Shown in pieces: positions 39,456 to 50,474 of a stretch of DNA of 64,000 bases. The number at the start of each line of letters is the position of its first letter. Positions within the stretch are counted from its first letter, which is position 1. The notes under the pieces are model-generated. The model made no database searches. It was given only the letters and a program-made list of their open reading frames with translations, and was not told the DNA's origin. The DNA comes from Candidatus Nomurabacteria bacterium (GTDB lineage: Bacteria; Patescibacteriota; Dojkabacteria; SC72; JAHDCA01), in NCBI GenBank assembly GCA_020632395.1, contig JACKFQ010000001.1, forward strand, positions 136,762-200,761, given 5' to 3'. The position numbers were made by a program, and so were the translations under genes.

Positions 39456-40058
39456 TCACTTCCTACGAGTATAAAGAAAAAGGGTTAAAGAAGAACCAAT
39501 AAATATACCAAGAAGATTTAATACAAAGATAATTATGTACTGCAATGCGAGAGTATAATTATCTGTTGTCATTCCAGCAGTAAAATATGCTATCGGCGGA
39601 ACCAGAGATATAGCTATAGCTACTCCTGCACTTGTATTAGAGGTCCTGTGCCATAACCAAAGAAGCGCACCAACGATTCCCATCAGTATGGCAACTCCTA
39701 GCACGTCAAAAATATTTGGATCTGGTTTAATGATCACATAATCCTTCAGCTGTCCAGCAATCCTCAAAAATGTCCAAAATCCAAAACTAACCAAAAAAGA
39801 TATCGATATCGCAATAAAAAGTGATCTAAACGCTTTCCTAAACCCTACAAGGTCTTTAGAAGTGATATACACAATAGTTGATATCAAAGGATCAAATAGG
39901 GGTGAGACAAGCATTGAACCGATAATGATGAAATCATTATTCATCTTGATCCCAAAAACCGCGAGTAGGCTTGCGACAACGGTGAGTATGATCAGGTCTT
40001 GATCTAACTTCGATTCATTTCTTGCTTTATCTACGAGATATTTTTGAGCCTCATTCAT
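39456..40058 (-). CDS. DUF389-like polytopic membrane protein
   Basis: 200 aa, 5-6 TM helices. The assignment is weak. Confidence 0.35.
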   Translation of the reverse strand: MNEAQKYLVDKARNESKLDQDLIILTVVASLLAVFGIKMNNDFIIIGSMLVSPLFDPLISTIVYITSKDLVGFRKAFRSLFIAISISFLVSFGFWTFLRIAGQLKDYVIIKPDPNIFDVLGVAILMGIVGALLWLWHRTSNTSAGVAIAISLVPPIAYFTAGMTTDNYTLALQYIIIFVLNLLGIFIGSSLTLFLYTRRK

Positions 40059-40186
40059 GTGTCTGATACTAAATTTAATTTAAATTAAAAGAACTTAAGC
40101 GTCGTAACAAATTGCGGTATCAAATTTCTGATATTTTCGAGTAATCTATTGTATTCATACCAAAAACCGCTTCAAAAGCACAACCG

Positions 40187-42172
40187 TTAGATCAGTTCCT
40201 TTAGATCGTCTATCTGGTCTCGTAGTTCAGCTGCCTTTTCAAACTGTAGGTTACCCGCAGCAACAAGCATCTTTTCTTCAAGATCTTTGATCAATCTTCT
40301 AATATCTTTCTCCGGAGGATGATTCTTCTCAACCCATTCTGTGTAATTATTGGTTGTTTCTGGCTTGTCAACTAGCTTTTCCCTGATCTCCTTTATGATA
40401 GTAGTTGGTTCGATCCCATGCTTAGTATTGTACTCCGCCTGATAATCCCGCCTCCTAGCCGTCTCGCTGATGGCGTATTTCATACTATCTGTCTGTTTAC
40501 TTGCATACATAATAACTCTACCTTCTACATGCCTTGAAGCTCGTCCGATCGTTTGTACCAAACTGGTTTTACTTCTTAGAAATCCTTCCTTGTCTGCATC
40601 TAGGATTATCACAAGTGATACCTCAGGAAGATCCAAACCTTCTCGGAGTAGATTTATCCCTACTACAACGTCATATACACCAAGTCTCAGATCTCTAAGA
40701 ACTTCTACTCTTTCAACTGTATCTTGATCAGAATGTAAATAATGAACTTTGACCCCATGATCCTTGAGAAATGTAGATAGATCCTCTGCCATTCGCTTAG
40801 TTAGTGTGGTGATAAGAACTCTCTGCTTTTTAGATAGAGTTTTTCGAACCTCATCGATAACGTCATCTATCTGATCCTCTGTTGGTCTGATCTCAACAAT
40901 CGGATCTAGTAGTCCTGTGGGACGTGTAAGAAGTTCGGTTACTTTTTTCTGACTATCATTCATCTCCCATTCATTTGGTGTTGCGGAAACATAGGTGGTG
41001 TATCCTTGCTTTGCTCTAAATTCTTCGAAATTTAGGGGACGATTGTCTAAAGCAGAATGTAGTCGGAATCCATAATCTATGAGTGTTTGTTTTCTGATAC
41101 GATCGCCATTGTACATCCCTCCAACCTGAGGGATAGTGATATGAGATTCGTCAATGAACATTAGGTAATTTGAGGGGAAATAATCTAGTAGTGAGTATGG
41201 AGGAGAACCAGGAGGTCTCCCCTCGAAGTATGCAGAATAATTCTCCATCCCTTTGCAGTAGCCGACCTCACGTAGCATTTCGATATCATAGATCGTTCGC
41301 TGTTCAAGTCTCTGTGCTTCCAACTCCCTGCCAAATCTCCTGAAGTAATCAAGTCTATCCTTGAGATCAATTTCCATCTGATCTGTAGCTTTCTGGATGA
41401 TGTCCTTATCAAAAATGAAGTTCTTTGCAGGAAAGATCTCCACCTCAGACACAGATCTTAACTTTTGTTTGGTAAGGGGATCTATCATGTGGATCTCCTC
41501 AAGTTCTTCACCCCACAAGATCAGACGATACGGAAAATCATTATAGGGAACAAATATATCAATAACATCGCCATTTATGCGAAACGATCCTGGTACAAGG
41601 TCAGTAAGATCCCTTTGGTATTGCATGAACACCAATTCTCGCGAGAGTTCTGAGATCCTAATGGTGTCACCAACCCTTAACTCAAATGCACGCTTCTCAT
41701 AATCATCTGGACTACCAATATTATAGATACAAGAAACTGAAGCAACGATGATCACATCATTTCGTGTGCGTATAGCGTTCATGGATGATAGTCTAAATCT
41801 TTCGATCTCTTTGTTGATATCAGCCTCTTTCTCTATATACATATCTTTCCCAGGAATATATGCCTCTGGTTGATAGTAATCGTAGTAAGACACAAAATAT
41901 CTAACAGCGTTTTCAGGGAAGAACTCCTTAAACTCCTCATATAATTGGGCTGCTAAAGTTTTATTATGAGAAAGAATTAGGGTAGGTCGATCTAGCTTCT
42001 CAATGATATTTGCCATAACATATGTCTTGCCAGAACCCGTAACCCCAAGGAGTACCTGCTTTTCGATACCACTCTCAATATTTGTTGAGATCGAATCAAT
42101 TGCGATACGTTGATCATCGCTAGGTGTATAGTTACTTACGAGTTTTAGCTTTTTTGAAGCCCTATCTATCAC
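40187..42172 (-). CDS. uvrB: Excinuclease ABC subunit B
   Basis: Walker A GVTGSGKT, helicase motifs, and a C-terminal UVR domain (NLQFEKAAELRDQIDDLK). Confidence 0.9.
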   Translation of the reverse strand: MIDRASKKLKLVSNYTPSDDQRIAIDSISTNIESGIEKQVLLGVTGSGKTYVMANIIEKLDRPTLILSHNKTLAAQLYEEFKEFFPENAVRYFVSYYDYYQPEAYIPGKDMYIEKEADINKEIERFRLSSMNAIRTRNDVIIVASVSCIYNIGSPDDYEKRAFELRVGDTIRISELSRELVFMQYQRDLTDLVPGSFRINGDVIDIFVPYNDFPYRLILWGEELEEIHMIDPLTKQKLRSVSEVEIFPAKNFIFDKDIIQKATDQMEIDLKDRLDYFRRFGRELEAQRLEQRTIYDIEMLREVGYCKGMENYSAYFEGRPPGSPPYSLLDYFPSNYLMFIDESHITIPQVGGMYNGDRIRKQTLIDYGFRLHSALDNRPLNFEEFRAKQGYTTYVSATPNEWEMNDSQKKVTELLTRPTGLLDPIVEIRPTEDQIDDVIDEVRKTLSKKQRVLITTLTKRMAEDLSTFLKDHGVKVHYLHSDQDTVERVEVLRDLRLGVYDVVVGINLLREGLDLPEVSLVIILDADKEGFLRSKTSLVQTIGRASRHVEGRVIMYASKQTDSMKYAISETARRRDYQAEYNTKHGIEPTTIIKEIREKLVDKPETTNNYTEWVEKNHPPEKDIRRLIKDLEEKMLVAAGNLQFEKAAELRDQIDDLKELI

Positions 42173-42246
42173 ATTGTGATTCTACCAGTTATCGTTCAGC
42201 TTTTCATCCGTAAATAGCACAACTTATGTGGTAAAATCACATACAT

Positions 42247-44094
42247 ATGAATCGAGAAATTATTCAATTACCACAGGAGATCATAAATAAAATAGCTGCA
42301 GGAGAGGTAGTAGAACGACCAGCTTCTGTGGTTAAGGAGTTGGTTGATAACAGTATCGATGCCGGATCGACGAGCATACAGATCTCGATCAAAGATGGAG
42401 GACAGAAACTGATCGAAGTTATCGATGATGGGATTGGTATTCCCGAGGATCAGATCTCTAATGCCTTTATTCCCCATGCTACTAGTAAGATCCGGGATTT
42501 TGAAGATCTAAATACATTGCTAACGCTGGGTTTCCGTGGGGAAGCATTATCAACTATTGCATCCGTTAGCCAGATTGAGGTGATCAGTAAGGTTCAAGAT
42601 GAGAAGCATGGGTATATAGCCCATATCTCTAATGGAAGTGTAACAGAGATTAAACCGAATCCTAGAGAGGTAGGGACTACTATCCGTGTACGAGATCTTT
42701 TTAAAAATATTCCTGCAAGGTCAAAATTCCTGAGAAAAGCTCAAACCGAATACAAATATATTTTAGCTATATTAATGCAGTATTTTCTAATCAATCCATC
42801 TATACGTTTCAAGCTATTTAATGAAGATAAGCTGATTTATGACCTACATCCCTCTGAATCAGAGGGTAGATTTTCAGATAAGAGGATAGATGATGTATTA
42901 CAAAGTGATTTCTCCCAAGAAATGATCGAGTTATTCTATGATGGTGCCGGAATTAACATTTCTGGATTTATCGCACACCCCAAGTACCATGTATCAAGAA
43001 CAACCCATACATACATATTTGTGAATGGTAGACCTGTAACGGATAGAGGGGTGATAAGATCTATAATTCAAGGGTGCGGTTCATTTATACCAAGAAGCGA
43101 AAAAGTTCCTTTTGTGATCAATATTGACATATCACCAAGTTCTGTAGATGTAAATGTCCATCCACGAAAGGAAGAGGTGCGTTTCCTAAATCCGTATAGA
43201 GTATATTCTGCTATCGAAAACGCTGTCAACAAAGCATATGAGCGTGAATTAGGAACTTCTCGATATATCGACAATGTAATGGATGCTCAAGACGCAGCCC
43301 TTGTAAGATTCCGTGATACTGAAACACCCGATCGTTCTACTATCAGTTCAGATGGTTTAGAACATCAAGAGTATCAAGCATCATTCACATCTGGATCATT
43401 AAATGGCGTTAATGGAACTGATCGGTCATCATTGTTTGGTAATCCAACAGACGTTCACATATCCCATCAAAATACCGCTATGGTTGAGATGGATCATGTT
43501 TCAGGAGCACTGCACGAACAACCTGTAAATGTTTTTCAAATATTTAAGAAATATTTAGTGTATGAATTCGAAAATGAATTATGGTTACTTGACCAGCATG
43601 CTGCCGCAGAGAGGATCACTTTTGAGCGGTTAAAGGCTAATCTGGAAGAAAGTACTAAAGAAGTGCAGGAGCTTCTGCTTCCTGAAGAGATCAAACTGAG
43701 CAAGAGTGAGATCGAATATCTTCGTGGAATATCCGAACAGTTGCTGGGTATGGGGTTTACATTCGAGCTAAAGGATGATTCTATACAAATTAGTGCAGTT
43801 CCTGCTGAACTAGCAACAACAGACCTAAAGGGATTGGTCAATGAGCTAATTGATGAACAATTATCGGATGATATTGATGATATAACCGTAAGAGAGAGAT
43901 CAGATTCTATCATTGCTACAGTTGCGTGTCATAATAGTATACGTACTGATCAATCCCTTCATAAAGAAGAGATCCTCTCAATATTAGCGCAATTATTCAA
44001 ATGCACGAACCCGTATAGCTGCCCACATGGACGACCAATTATATGGAAAAGTACCTTAGAACAGATAGATTCTAACTTTGAAAGGACATATTAG
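42247..44094 (+). CDS. mutL: DNA mismatch repair protein MutL (endonuclease-proficient type)
   Basis: GHKL ATPase N-terminus (ELVDNSIDAGS, GFRGEALSTIA). The C-terminus has DQHAAAERITFE (DQHAx2Ex4E) and a CPHGRP motif. Confidence 0.85.
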   Translation: MNREIIQLPQEIINKIAAGEVVERPASVVKELVDNSIDAGSTSIQISIKDGGQKLIEVIDDGIGIPEDQISNAFIPHATSKIRDFEDLNTLLTLGFRGEALSTIASVSQIEVISKVQDEKHGYIAHISNGSVTEIKPNPREVGTTIRVRDLFKNIPARSKFLRKAQTEYKYILAILMQYFLINPSIRFKLFNEDKLIYDLHPSESEGRFSDKRIDDVLQSDFSQEMIELFYDGAGINISGFIAHPKYHVSRTTHTYIFVNGRPVTDRGVIRSIIQGCGSFIPRSEKVPFVINIDISPSSVDVNVHPRKEEVRFLNPYRVYSAIENAVNKAYERELGTSRYIDNVMDAQDAALVRFRDTETPDRSTISSDGLEHQEYQASFTSGSLNGVNGTDRSSLFGNPTDVHISHQNTAMVEMDHVSGALHEQPVNVFQIFKKYLVYEFENELWLLDQHAAAERITFERLKANLEESTKEVQELLLPEEIKLSKSEIEYLRGISEQLLGMGFTFELKDDSIQISAVPAELATTDLKGLVNELIDEQLSDDIDDITVRERSDSIIATVACHNSIRTDQSLHKEEILSILAQLFKCTNPYSCPHGRPIIWKSTLEQIDSNFERTY

Positions 44095-44800
44095 ATTGAC
44101 GACACTTTATCTACTTCCAACACCAATGGGAGATATCGACACTGTTCTTTCTGACACCTATAGCAGTATCGGAAAGCTAGATTTTGATATACACATAATC
44201 GAGACAGAGAAGATCGCACGTACCCATCTAAGACTTCTCTATCCTAAAAAAGATATAAGAAATGTTAACAGGATCGAGCTGAATGAGCATTCCCGACCTG
44301 AGGATATGAAAGAACTACTCATTGCGATGAATGATAAGAAGTCTGTTCTAATGCCTGATGCGGGTGCTCCAGGTATCGCTGACCCAGGAACAGCGCTGAT
44401 CAGAGAATCACATCGAAAAAACTACATTATAAAGCCACTCCTCTTTTCATCCTCTGTCACTGCTGCAATTGCGTGTTCAGGTTTAAACGGTCAATCCTTC
44501 ACTTTTCACGGATATCTTCCAAAAGAGCAAAGCTCACGTCAAGATACAATAAGACTCTACGAACGAATATCAAAGAAAAACGGTTATACCCAAACATTTA
44601 TTGAAACTCCTTATAGGAACAAACATCTCTGGAGAGATCTAATTAGCGTTCTTGATGAAGCTACAGACCTTTCTATCTCAGTTGAATTATTTACTGAGTG
44701 TAGTATCATAAAGACCGCCTCAGTAAGTGATTGGAAGAAAATGAAGTGGCCAGATCTGAGCAACAAGAATGTAGTTTATTCATTAAATGCAAAGGTATGA
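44078..44800 (+). CDS. rsmI: 16S rRNA (cytidine1402-2'-O)-methyltransferase RsmI (tetrapyrrole-methylase fold)
   Basis: LYLLPTPMGDID...MPDAGAPGIADPG...GYLP. It overlaps the mutL stop by 17 nt. Confidence 0.7.
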   Translation: MKGHIRLTTLYLLPTPMGDIDTVLSDTYSSIGKLDFDIHIIETEKIARTHLRLLYPKKDIRNVNRIELNEHSRPEDMKELLIAMNDKKSVLMPDAGAPGIADPGTALIRESHRKNYIIKPLLFSSSVTAAIACSGLNGQSFTFHGYLPKEQSSRQDTIRLYERISKKNGYTQTFIETPYRNKHLWRDLISVLDEATDLSISVELFTECSIIKTASVSDWKKMKWPDLSNKNVVYSLNAKV

Positions 44801-45558
44801 GTAAGGAAAAGGTAATTACAGTTAAGAATCTGTTCAAGAAATATGGAGATTTTATCGCCGTTAATGGCATCTCATTTGATGTCTATAGAGGGGAGATCTT
44901 TGGACTTTTAGGTCCAAATGGAGCAGGTAAGACTACTACACTAGAGATAATTGAAACTCTGAGAGATGAAACATCAGGAGATATTGAAGTATTAGGTAAA
45001 TCAGTGAATAAGGATCCGCAGTACATTAAAGAAAGGATAGGTGTACAGTTGCAACAAGCGGGTTTTTATCCAAACACGAAAGTATGGGAGATAATCAGAC
45101 TTTTCGCAGAACTATACGATACAACAGCAGATGCAGAAGAACTATTAAAAAAAGTAGACCTTCTTGATAAGAAAGATTCAAAGGTAAAAGATCTCTCTGG
45201 AGGTCAGCGACAAAGATTCTCTATCGCTACTACACTGATAAATCAACCAGAGATCATTTTTCTGGATGAACCAACCACAGGACTTGATCCACAAGCTCGA
45301 AGGAATCTGTGGGATCTGATCCTAGATATCCGCAAAAGTGGTACTACAGTCGTATTAACTACGCACTACATGGATGAGGCCGAGTACCTCTGTGATAGAG
45401 TAGCGATCATGAATAATGGTCAGATCTCAGCTATCAATTCTCCCGACGGTTTGATCAACGAGCTACTATCTCGAGGCTTTAAGAAGGAGAAAGTCACAAA
45501 ACAAGCAAGTTTAGAGGATGTTTTCCTCGATCTGACAGGTACTAAATTGAGAGATTGA
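44797..45558 (+). CDS. ABC transporter ATP-binding protein
   Basis: Walker A GPNGAGKTT, signature LSGGQRQR, and Walker B IIFLDEPTTGLD. ORF 44731-45558. The start is probably MSKEKVIT at 44797, overlapping the rsmI stop. Confidence 0.8.
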   Translation: MSKEKVITVKNLFKKYGDFIAVNGISFDVYRGEIFGLLGPNGAGKTTTLEIIETLRDETSGDIEVLGKSVNKDPQYIKERIGVQLQQAGFYPNTKVWEIIRLFAELYDTTADAEELLKKVDLLDKKDSKVKDLSGGQRQRFSIATTLINQPEIIFLDEPTTGLDPQARRNLWDLILDIRKSGTTVVLTTHYMDEAEYLCDRVAIMNNGQISAINSPDGLINELLSRGFKKEKVTKQASLEDVFLDLTGTKLRD

Positions 45559-45562
45559 CCTC

Positions 45563-46654
45563 ATGAAAACTATACGACAAATACTCGCTATAACAATGAT
45601 AGATCTTAGAGCCACTTTCCGTCGGGGTGAGACAGTCTTTTTTGGATTACTTTTCCCTATGATATTTATATTTGTATTTGGATCATTAGGTCAGGGTAGT
45701 GCGACATATAATATCGCGGTACAGGACGGTTCCGATACAAATAATCCCCTGTATCAGGCAATTTCAGAGGTTAAATCATTCGAACTAGACGATACTCTTT
45801 CTAACGAAGAAATTACAAAGAAGCTAGAAAGAGGAGAATTAGAGGGATCCTTATATATTGAAAATACGACAGTAAATCAGATCCCTTCATACAACATAAC
45901 CCTAAGTACGAGTGCTGTGGATATTGAAGAGGGTGCGATAATCAAATCGGTTGTGACAGGCATAATAGATAAATTGAATCTTGCTATTTCAGGAGTAGAA
46001 TCACCACCCTTATCATTGAATTATAAAGAAATACAGGGTCGTGAGTTTAAGCAGATAGACTTCATATTACCAGGACAGTTGTCGTTTGCTTTGTTGAGTT
46101 CTGGAGTTTTCGGCACTTCGTTCTTGATAGTATCACTAAAAGAAACACTAGTTTTAAAGCGATTCTTTGCAACTCCGATGAGAAAACGATCGATAGTGCT
46201 AGGATTAGCTTTGAGCAAACTTGTGTTCGGTCTACTTCAGGCAACAGTTCTGATCTTAGCTGGAAAGTTCATTTTCGGCTTTACCTTGGTAAATGGTCTC
46301 TCTACATTCTTTGAGATCATGGTTCTTTCAACGTTTGCGTTATTTGTGTTCCTAGGATTTGGGCTTGTGATATCTAGTATCGCAAAGGATCAGAATTCTG
46401 TATCTCCTATAGCAAATATTGTCACATTACCACAATTCCTATTAGCTGGGACTTTCTTCCCAATAACACTCTTTCCAGACTGGCTCCAGCCTATTAGTAA
46501 GATACTTCCTCTCACCTATCTCAATGAAGCTCTACGATCTGTGGCATTTGACGGAGAATCTATCTTCTCTCAAACCAATGCCATCATTGCACTTATCATC
46601 TGGGGGATATTGGTCTACGGATTGACAGTGAAATATTTTTCATGGGATAACTAG
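45563..46654 (+). CDS. ABC-2 type transporter permease
   Basis: 363 aa, 6 TM helices. It has a large first extracytoplasmic loop and lies immediately downstream of the ATPase. Confidence 0.7.
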   Translation: MKTIRQILAITMIDLRATFRRGETVFFGLLFPMIFIFVFGSLGQGSATYNIAVQDGSDTNNPLYQAISEVKSFELDDTLSNEEITKKLERGELEGSLYIENTTVNQIPSYNITLSTSAVDIEEGAIIKSVVTGIIDKLNLAISGVESPPLSLNYKEIQGREFKQIDFILPGQLSFALLSSGVFGTSFLIVSLKETLVLKRFFATPMRKRSIVLGLALSKLVFGLLQATVLILAGKFIFGFTLVNGLSTFFEIMVLSTFALFVFLGFGLVISSIAKDQNSVSPIANIVTLPQFLLAGTFFPITLFPDWLQPISKILPLTYLNEALRSVAFDGESIFSQTNAIIALIIWGILVYGLTVKYFSWDN

Positions 46655-46702
46655 GTTCACCAATACCGTTGTTATTATACGATCACAGATCTTTCAGTTT
46701 GA

Positions 46703-47284
46703 TCAGGTACTTTTCAATCTTAGCGCAACGTCACTCCAATTAACGATATTCCAAAATGCTTCAATGTAATCTGCTCTTCTGTTCTGATAATCAAGATAGT
46801 ATGAGTGCTCCCACATATCCAGCACCAGAATAGGTGTTCCTGTCGGAGGGTGATTGAGATTCTGTTTTTCGGCCTGATAGATCACAAGGTTTCCGTCAAT
46901 TTTTGAAAGGATAGCCCACCCAGAGCCCTCTACAGAAGTAGCTATAGAGGTGAACTCACTCATAAATATCTTCAGAGAAGGGTAGGTAGGTTGGATCAAT
47001 TTTTCTACCTCTTCTTGGGCTGGTCGATCTGAACTTGGTGAAAGATTTTTCCAGAATATTGAATGAAGTTGGTGTCCTGAAACATTGAAACTAAGATCTC
47101 GTAAAACAGCTTTGTATGATGAGCGATCTTCGGAACTTCTCAATGACTCGATCTTTTTTAGAGCAGAGTTGGCACCATCTACATATGCCTGGTGATGTTT
47201 GGAATGGTGTAATTCCATTACTTGTCTTGAGAAGTACGGCTCTAACGATTCATAGGAGTAGTCTAACTTTGGTAATTCATACAT
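46703..47284 (-). CDS. sod: Fe/Mn superoxide dismutase
   Basis: LPKLDYSYESLEPYFS..., the HHSKHH metal ligands and DMWEHSYY. Confidence 0.85.
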   Translation of the reverse strand: MYELPKLDYSYESLEPYFSRQVMELHHSKHHQAYVDGANSALKKIESLRSSEDRSSYKAVLRDLSFNVSGHQLHSIFWKNLSPSSDRPAQEEVEKLIQPTYPSLKIFMSEFTSIATSVEGSGWAILSKIDGNLVIYQAEKQNLNHPPTGTPILVLDMWEHSYYLDYQNRRADYIEAFWNIVNWSDVALRLKST

Positions 47285-47413
47285 ATTTTAATAGAGTAAT
47301 ATCTTACTGTTCCATTTAACGAAATCTCATACAGAATGTAAAGGTATACCAATTCTGGTTATAGGTGTTTGACCTTTATCTGTCAGCTGTCTATTATTTA
47401 AAAGAACAAACTT

Positions 47414-47872
47414 ATGATCACAAATACTATCTCGATAATCTACGCATCATCTTCTGGGAACACTCTTTTCGTTTCTGAATTTGTTGCAGGTAAACTAGAT
47501 GAGCAGGGTTTTACAACAGACCTGATAAATGCAGATATTTTCGACCCTATGGATCTAAACAAGATGGATAATGTTCTATTTGCAACATCTACATGGGAAC
47601 ACGGTGAGATACATCCTTTCTTCCACAATACGATTAAAAGATTGGATCAAATTGATCTACAAGGTCGAAAAGTAGCCTTCATAGGTACTGGAGATAGACG
47701 ATATGAACCGATCCTTTTTTGCGGTGGTATGGAGATCTTAAGAAAAGAAGTTCTATCACGCGGAGCAGATGAGATATTATCCCCACTACGCCTTGATGGT
47801 GATCCAAGACCAAATGCAGATAGTACAGTAAGTAAATGGGTAGATAAACTTTTGACAGTACTGGAGGCATAA
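47414..47872 (+). CDS. Flavodoxin
   Basis: IIYASSSGNT, FMN-binding S/TxTGxT-like loop, 152 aa. Its stop (TAA) overlaps the ATG of the next gene (TAATG). Confidence 0.7.
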   Translation: MITNTISIIYASSSGNTLFVSEFVAGKLDEQGFTTDLINADIFDPMDLNKMDNVLFATSTWEHGEIHPFFHNTIKRLDQIDLQGRKVAFIGTGDRRYEPILFCGGMEILRKEVLSRGADEILSPLRLDGDPRPNADSTVSKWVDKLLTVLEA

Positions 47873-49602
47873 TGAGGTATACGTTACGAATAACAGGTGA
47901 ATCTGGGCAAGGGATAAATTCTATTGGAGAGATACTGACTAAGGCACTAAAGAACTCAGGTTACTATACTTTTGGTTATCGTGAATATCCCTCATTGATC
48001 AAAGGAGGGATTGCAATGTATCAACTCGAAATATCTGATGAGCCTGTGAATTCAACTACAACATATGCAGATCTGATGTTCTCCCTCAGTAGGTATTCTA
48101 TGCACCATTATGCAAGGACACTAAAACCCGGATCGCATATATTCCATACATTTTCAAGAAATATGTGGCCTAAGGAAGTCAGCGCGGATATTAAAAGTAT
48201 AGAGCCTAAGGTTTATGAATTGAATGCTGAAGAACAAACGATCCTTGCAGGAGGTACAAAGTTGATGGTAAATGTCTACATCATGGGATACATATGGGAT
48301 CTTTTAGGACAAGAATTGGAGAAACTTACCGAGCAAGTAATGATTCATTATGCAAAAAAACCTGAATTGATGGAGGCAAATATTTCTGTTCTAAACTCGG
48401 GATATTCTACAGAAAAAGAAACAGGAAGATATCAATTGACACCTTCCTCCGAAAGTACTGATAAATACGCTGTCATGACAGGTAATCAATCTGTCGCTTT
48501 AGGTGCATATTCAGCAGGGTGTAGAGCATTTTATGCTTATCCTATGACACCAGCCTCATCAGTTCTTACAACATTAGCAGAAATGTCACATGAGACAGGT
48601 ATGCTGATAAAACAAGCAGAGGATGAGATCACAGCTGCACAAATGATGTTGGGTTCGATGTATGTCGGTACGAGAGCAATGACAGGAACTAGTGGTGGAG
48701 GATTCGATTTGATGACCGAGTCTCTCTCATTAGCGGGAATGGCGGAGATACCTGCTGTATTTCTGCTCGCACAACGCCCTGGACCTGCTACAGGACTTCC
48801 TACATGGACATCGGCTTCAGACCTCGATCTAGCGATTTATTCTGGGCATGGAGAATTTCCCAGAGTCGTTTTAACACTCTCGGACACGAAAGATTCTTTT
48901 CATCTGACAAGAAAGGCTTTTGATATAGCTGAAAAGTACCAGTTGCCGGTCATTATTCTTACTGACAAACACCTTGCCGAATCTCTTTATCTAACTGATG
49001 AACTTCATGCCGATAGTGAAATTGAAAGAGGTTTAGAAGTAGACGTTCCAGAGAATTCTTACCGGTATGTCTTTACCAAAGACGGTATATCACCTAGATG
49101 GTTACCAGGTACATCCGAGCAGGTGTATGTCACAAATAGTGATGAACACACAATGGATGGTAGCAGTACTGAGGATATGGAAGTAGCTAAGGCTATGTAT
49201 GATAAACGACTTCTAAAGATCGAGGCAGTATTGGATGCGTTACCAGAACCGATATTCACAGGAGATGGATCATCTAAGTATCTGGTCATCAGTTATGGAA
49301 GTCCCGTGACTGTTGTTAGAGAAGTTATTGATAAGATCAATAAAAAAAATGGAAATAGAGACATTGCATTACTTCAATATGAATATCTTTACCCATTGCG
49401 TACAGAAAAACTTCACGAGATTTGTAAAAGTGGTGTGAAGGTGATCTTTGTTGAGCAGAATGCTACCGGACAGTTTGAGAGATTGGTACATACGAAATTA
49501 AATACAGAACCAAATTTCGAGATACTTGATAGTTTCCGTAAATATGATGGTAAACCAATTTTTTTCGATGAGATGTATAACTTTTTGAGTAAATACCGAT
49601 GA
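47872..49602 (+). CDS. 2-oxoacid:ferredoxin (flavodoxin) oxidoreductase, alpha subunit (fused gamma+alpha domains)
   Basis: 576 aa. The N-terminal part is a POR gamma-like domain, followed by the alpha core. It overlaps the beta-subunit gene by 4 nt. Confidence 0.8.
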   Translation: MRYTLRITGESGQGINSIGEILTKALKNSGYYTFGYREYPSLIKGGIAMYQLEISDEPVNSTTTYADLMFSLSRYSMHHYARTLKPGSHIFHTFSRNMWPKEVSADIKSIEPKVYELNAEEQTILAGGTKLMVNVYIMGYIWDLLGQELEKLTEQVMIHYAKKPELMEANISVLNSGYSTEKETGRYQLTPSSESTDKYAVMTGNQSVALGAYSAGCRAFYAYPMTPASSVLTTLAEMSHETGMLIKQAEDEITAAQMMLGSMYVGTRAMTGTSGGGFDLMTESLSLAGMAEIPAVFLLAQRPGPATGLPTWTSASDLDLAIYSGHGEFPRVVLTLSDTKDSFHLTRKAFDIAEKYQLPVIILTDKHLAESLYLTDELHADSEIERGLEVDVPENSYRYVFTKDGISPRWLPGTSEQVYVTNSDEHTMDGSSTEDMEVAKAMYDKRLLKIEAVLDALPEPIFTGDGSSKYLVISYGSPVTVVREVIDKINKKNGNRDIALLQYEYLYPLRTEKLHEICKSGVKVIFVEQNATGQFERLVHTKLNTEPNFEILDSFRKYDGKPIFFDEMYNFLSKYR

Positions 49603-50474
49603 GTGACTGTTCGCTTTTACATACTGGATATAACTCGGATAATTTATACACATGGTGTACTAATTGTGGTAATTACGGGATACATGGGTCATTAAAAACT
49701 GCACTTGCAGAACAGGATCTTTTGCCACACGAAGTCGTATTATGTTTTGATATCGGTTGTCATGGGAACGGCGCTGATAAGATCCATGCTAATACAGTAC
49801 ATGGTTTACATGGAAGGGTAATACCCTTCGCTGTAGGTATACAACTGGCAAACAGAAAGCTAAAGGTAGTTGCGTCTGGTGGTGATGGAGCTACACTAGG
49901 AGAGGGTATAAATCATTTTATCCATGCGATCAGGTCAGACTATGATATTACATTTCTCCTTCATAATAATTCAAATTACGGACTCACTACAGGACAGGCA
50001 TCACCAACTACAACAGAAGGGGTCCCGATGAACTCATCTCCTGATGGTGTTTCTGCCACTCCGATCCATGTCTTAGATCTCGTCTTTAGCTTGAAACCCA
50101 CCTTTGTAGCCAGAACATTTTCAGGTGATATCAAACAGATGACCAGAGTGATCAAAGCTGGTATGAAACACAAGGGTTTTAGTGTTATTGAAATATTGCA
50201 ACACTGCCCGACATACAATAAGGCAACTCCACACGAATGGTACAGAGAGAGAGTTTATGATGTGAACAAGATAATGAATTATGATACGAGTGACATCGGA
50301 AATGCACAAAGAGTTTCAAAAGATATTACTGACAAGATAGCAACCGGTGTCATCTATCAGAGAGAATCAATGGATTTCTATTCAAAACAGTTGAACAGGA
50401 AAGATCGTACAACTGAACTGGTAGAGGAGGTTAATAGCTACCCTGTAGATGATCTATATCGAAGATTTATCTAA
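49599..50474 (+). CDS. 2-oxoacid:ferredoxin oxidoreductase, beta subunit (TPP-binding)
   Basis: Cys pair WCTNCGNYG and a GDGA TPP-binding motif. 291 aa. Confidence 0.8.
   Translation: MSDCSLLHTGYNSDNLYTWCTNCGNYGIHGSLKTALAEQDLLPHEVVLCFDIGCHGNGADKIHANTVHGLHGRVIPFAVGIQLANRKLKVVASGGDGATLGEGINHFIHAIRSDYDITFLLHNNSNYGLTTGQASPTTTEGVPMNSSPDGVSATPIHVLDLVFSLKPTFVARTFSGDIKQMTRVIKAGMKHKGFSVIEILQHCPTYNKATPHEWYRERVYDVNKIMNYDTSDIGNAQRVSKDITDKIATGVIYQRESMDFYSKQLNRKDRTTELVEEVNSYPVDDLYRRFI

Noticed and set aside
43536-43913. 125-aa Ser-rich minus-strand ORF
   Set aside because: Antisense within mutL.
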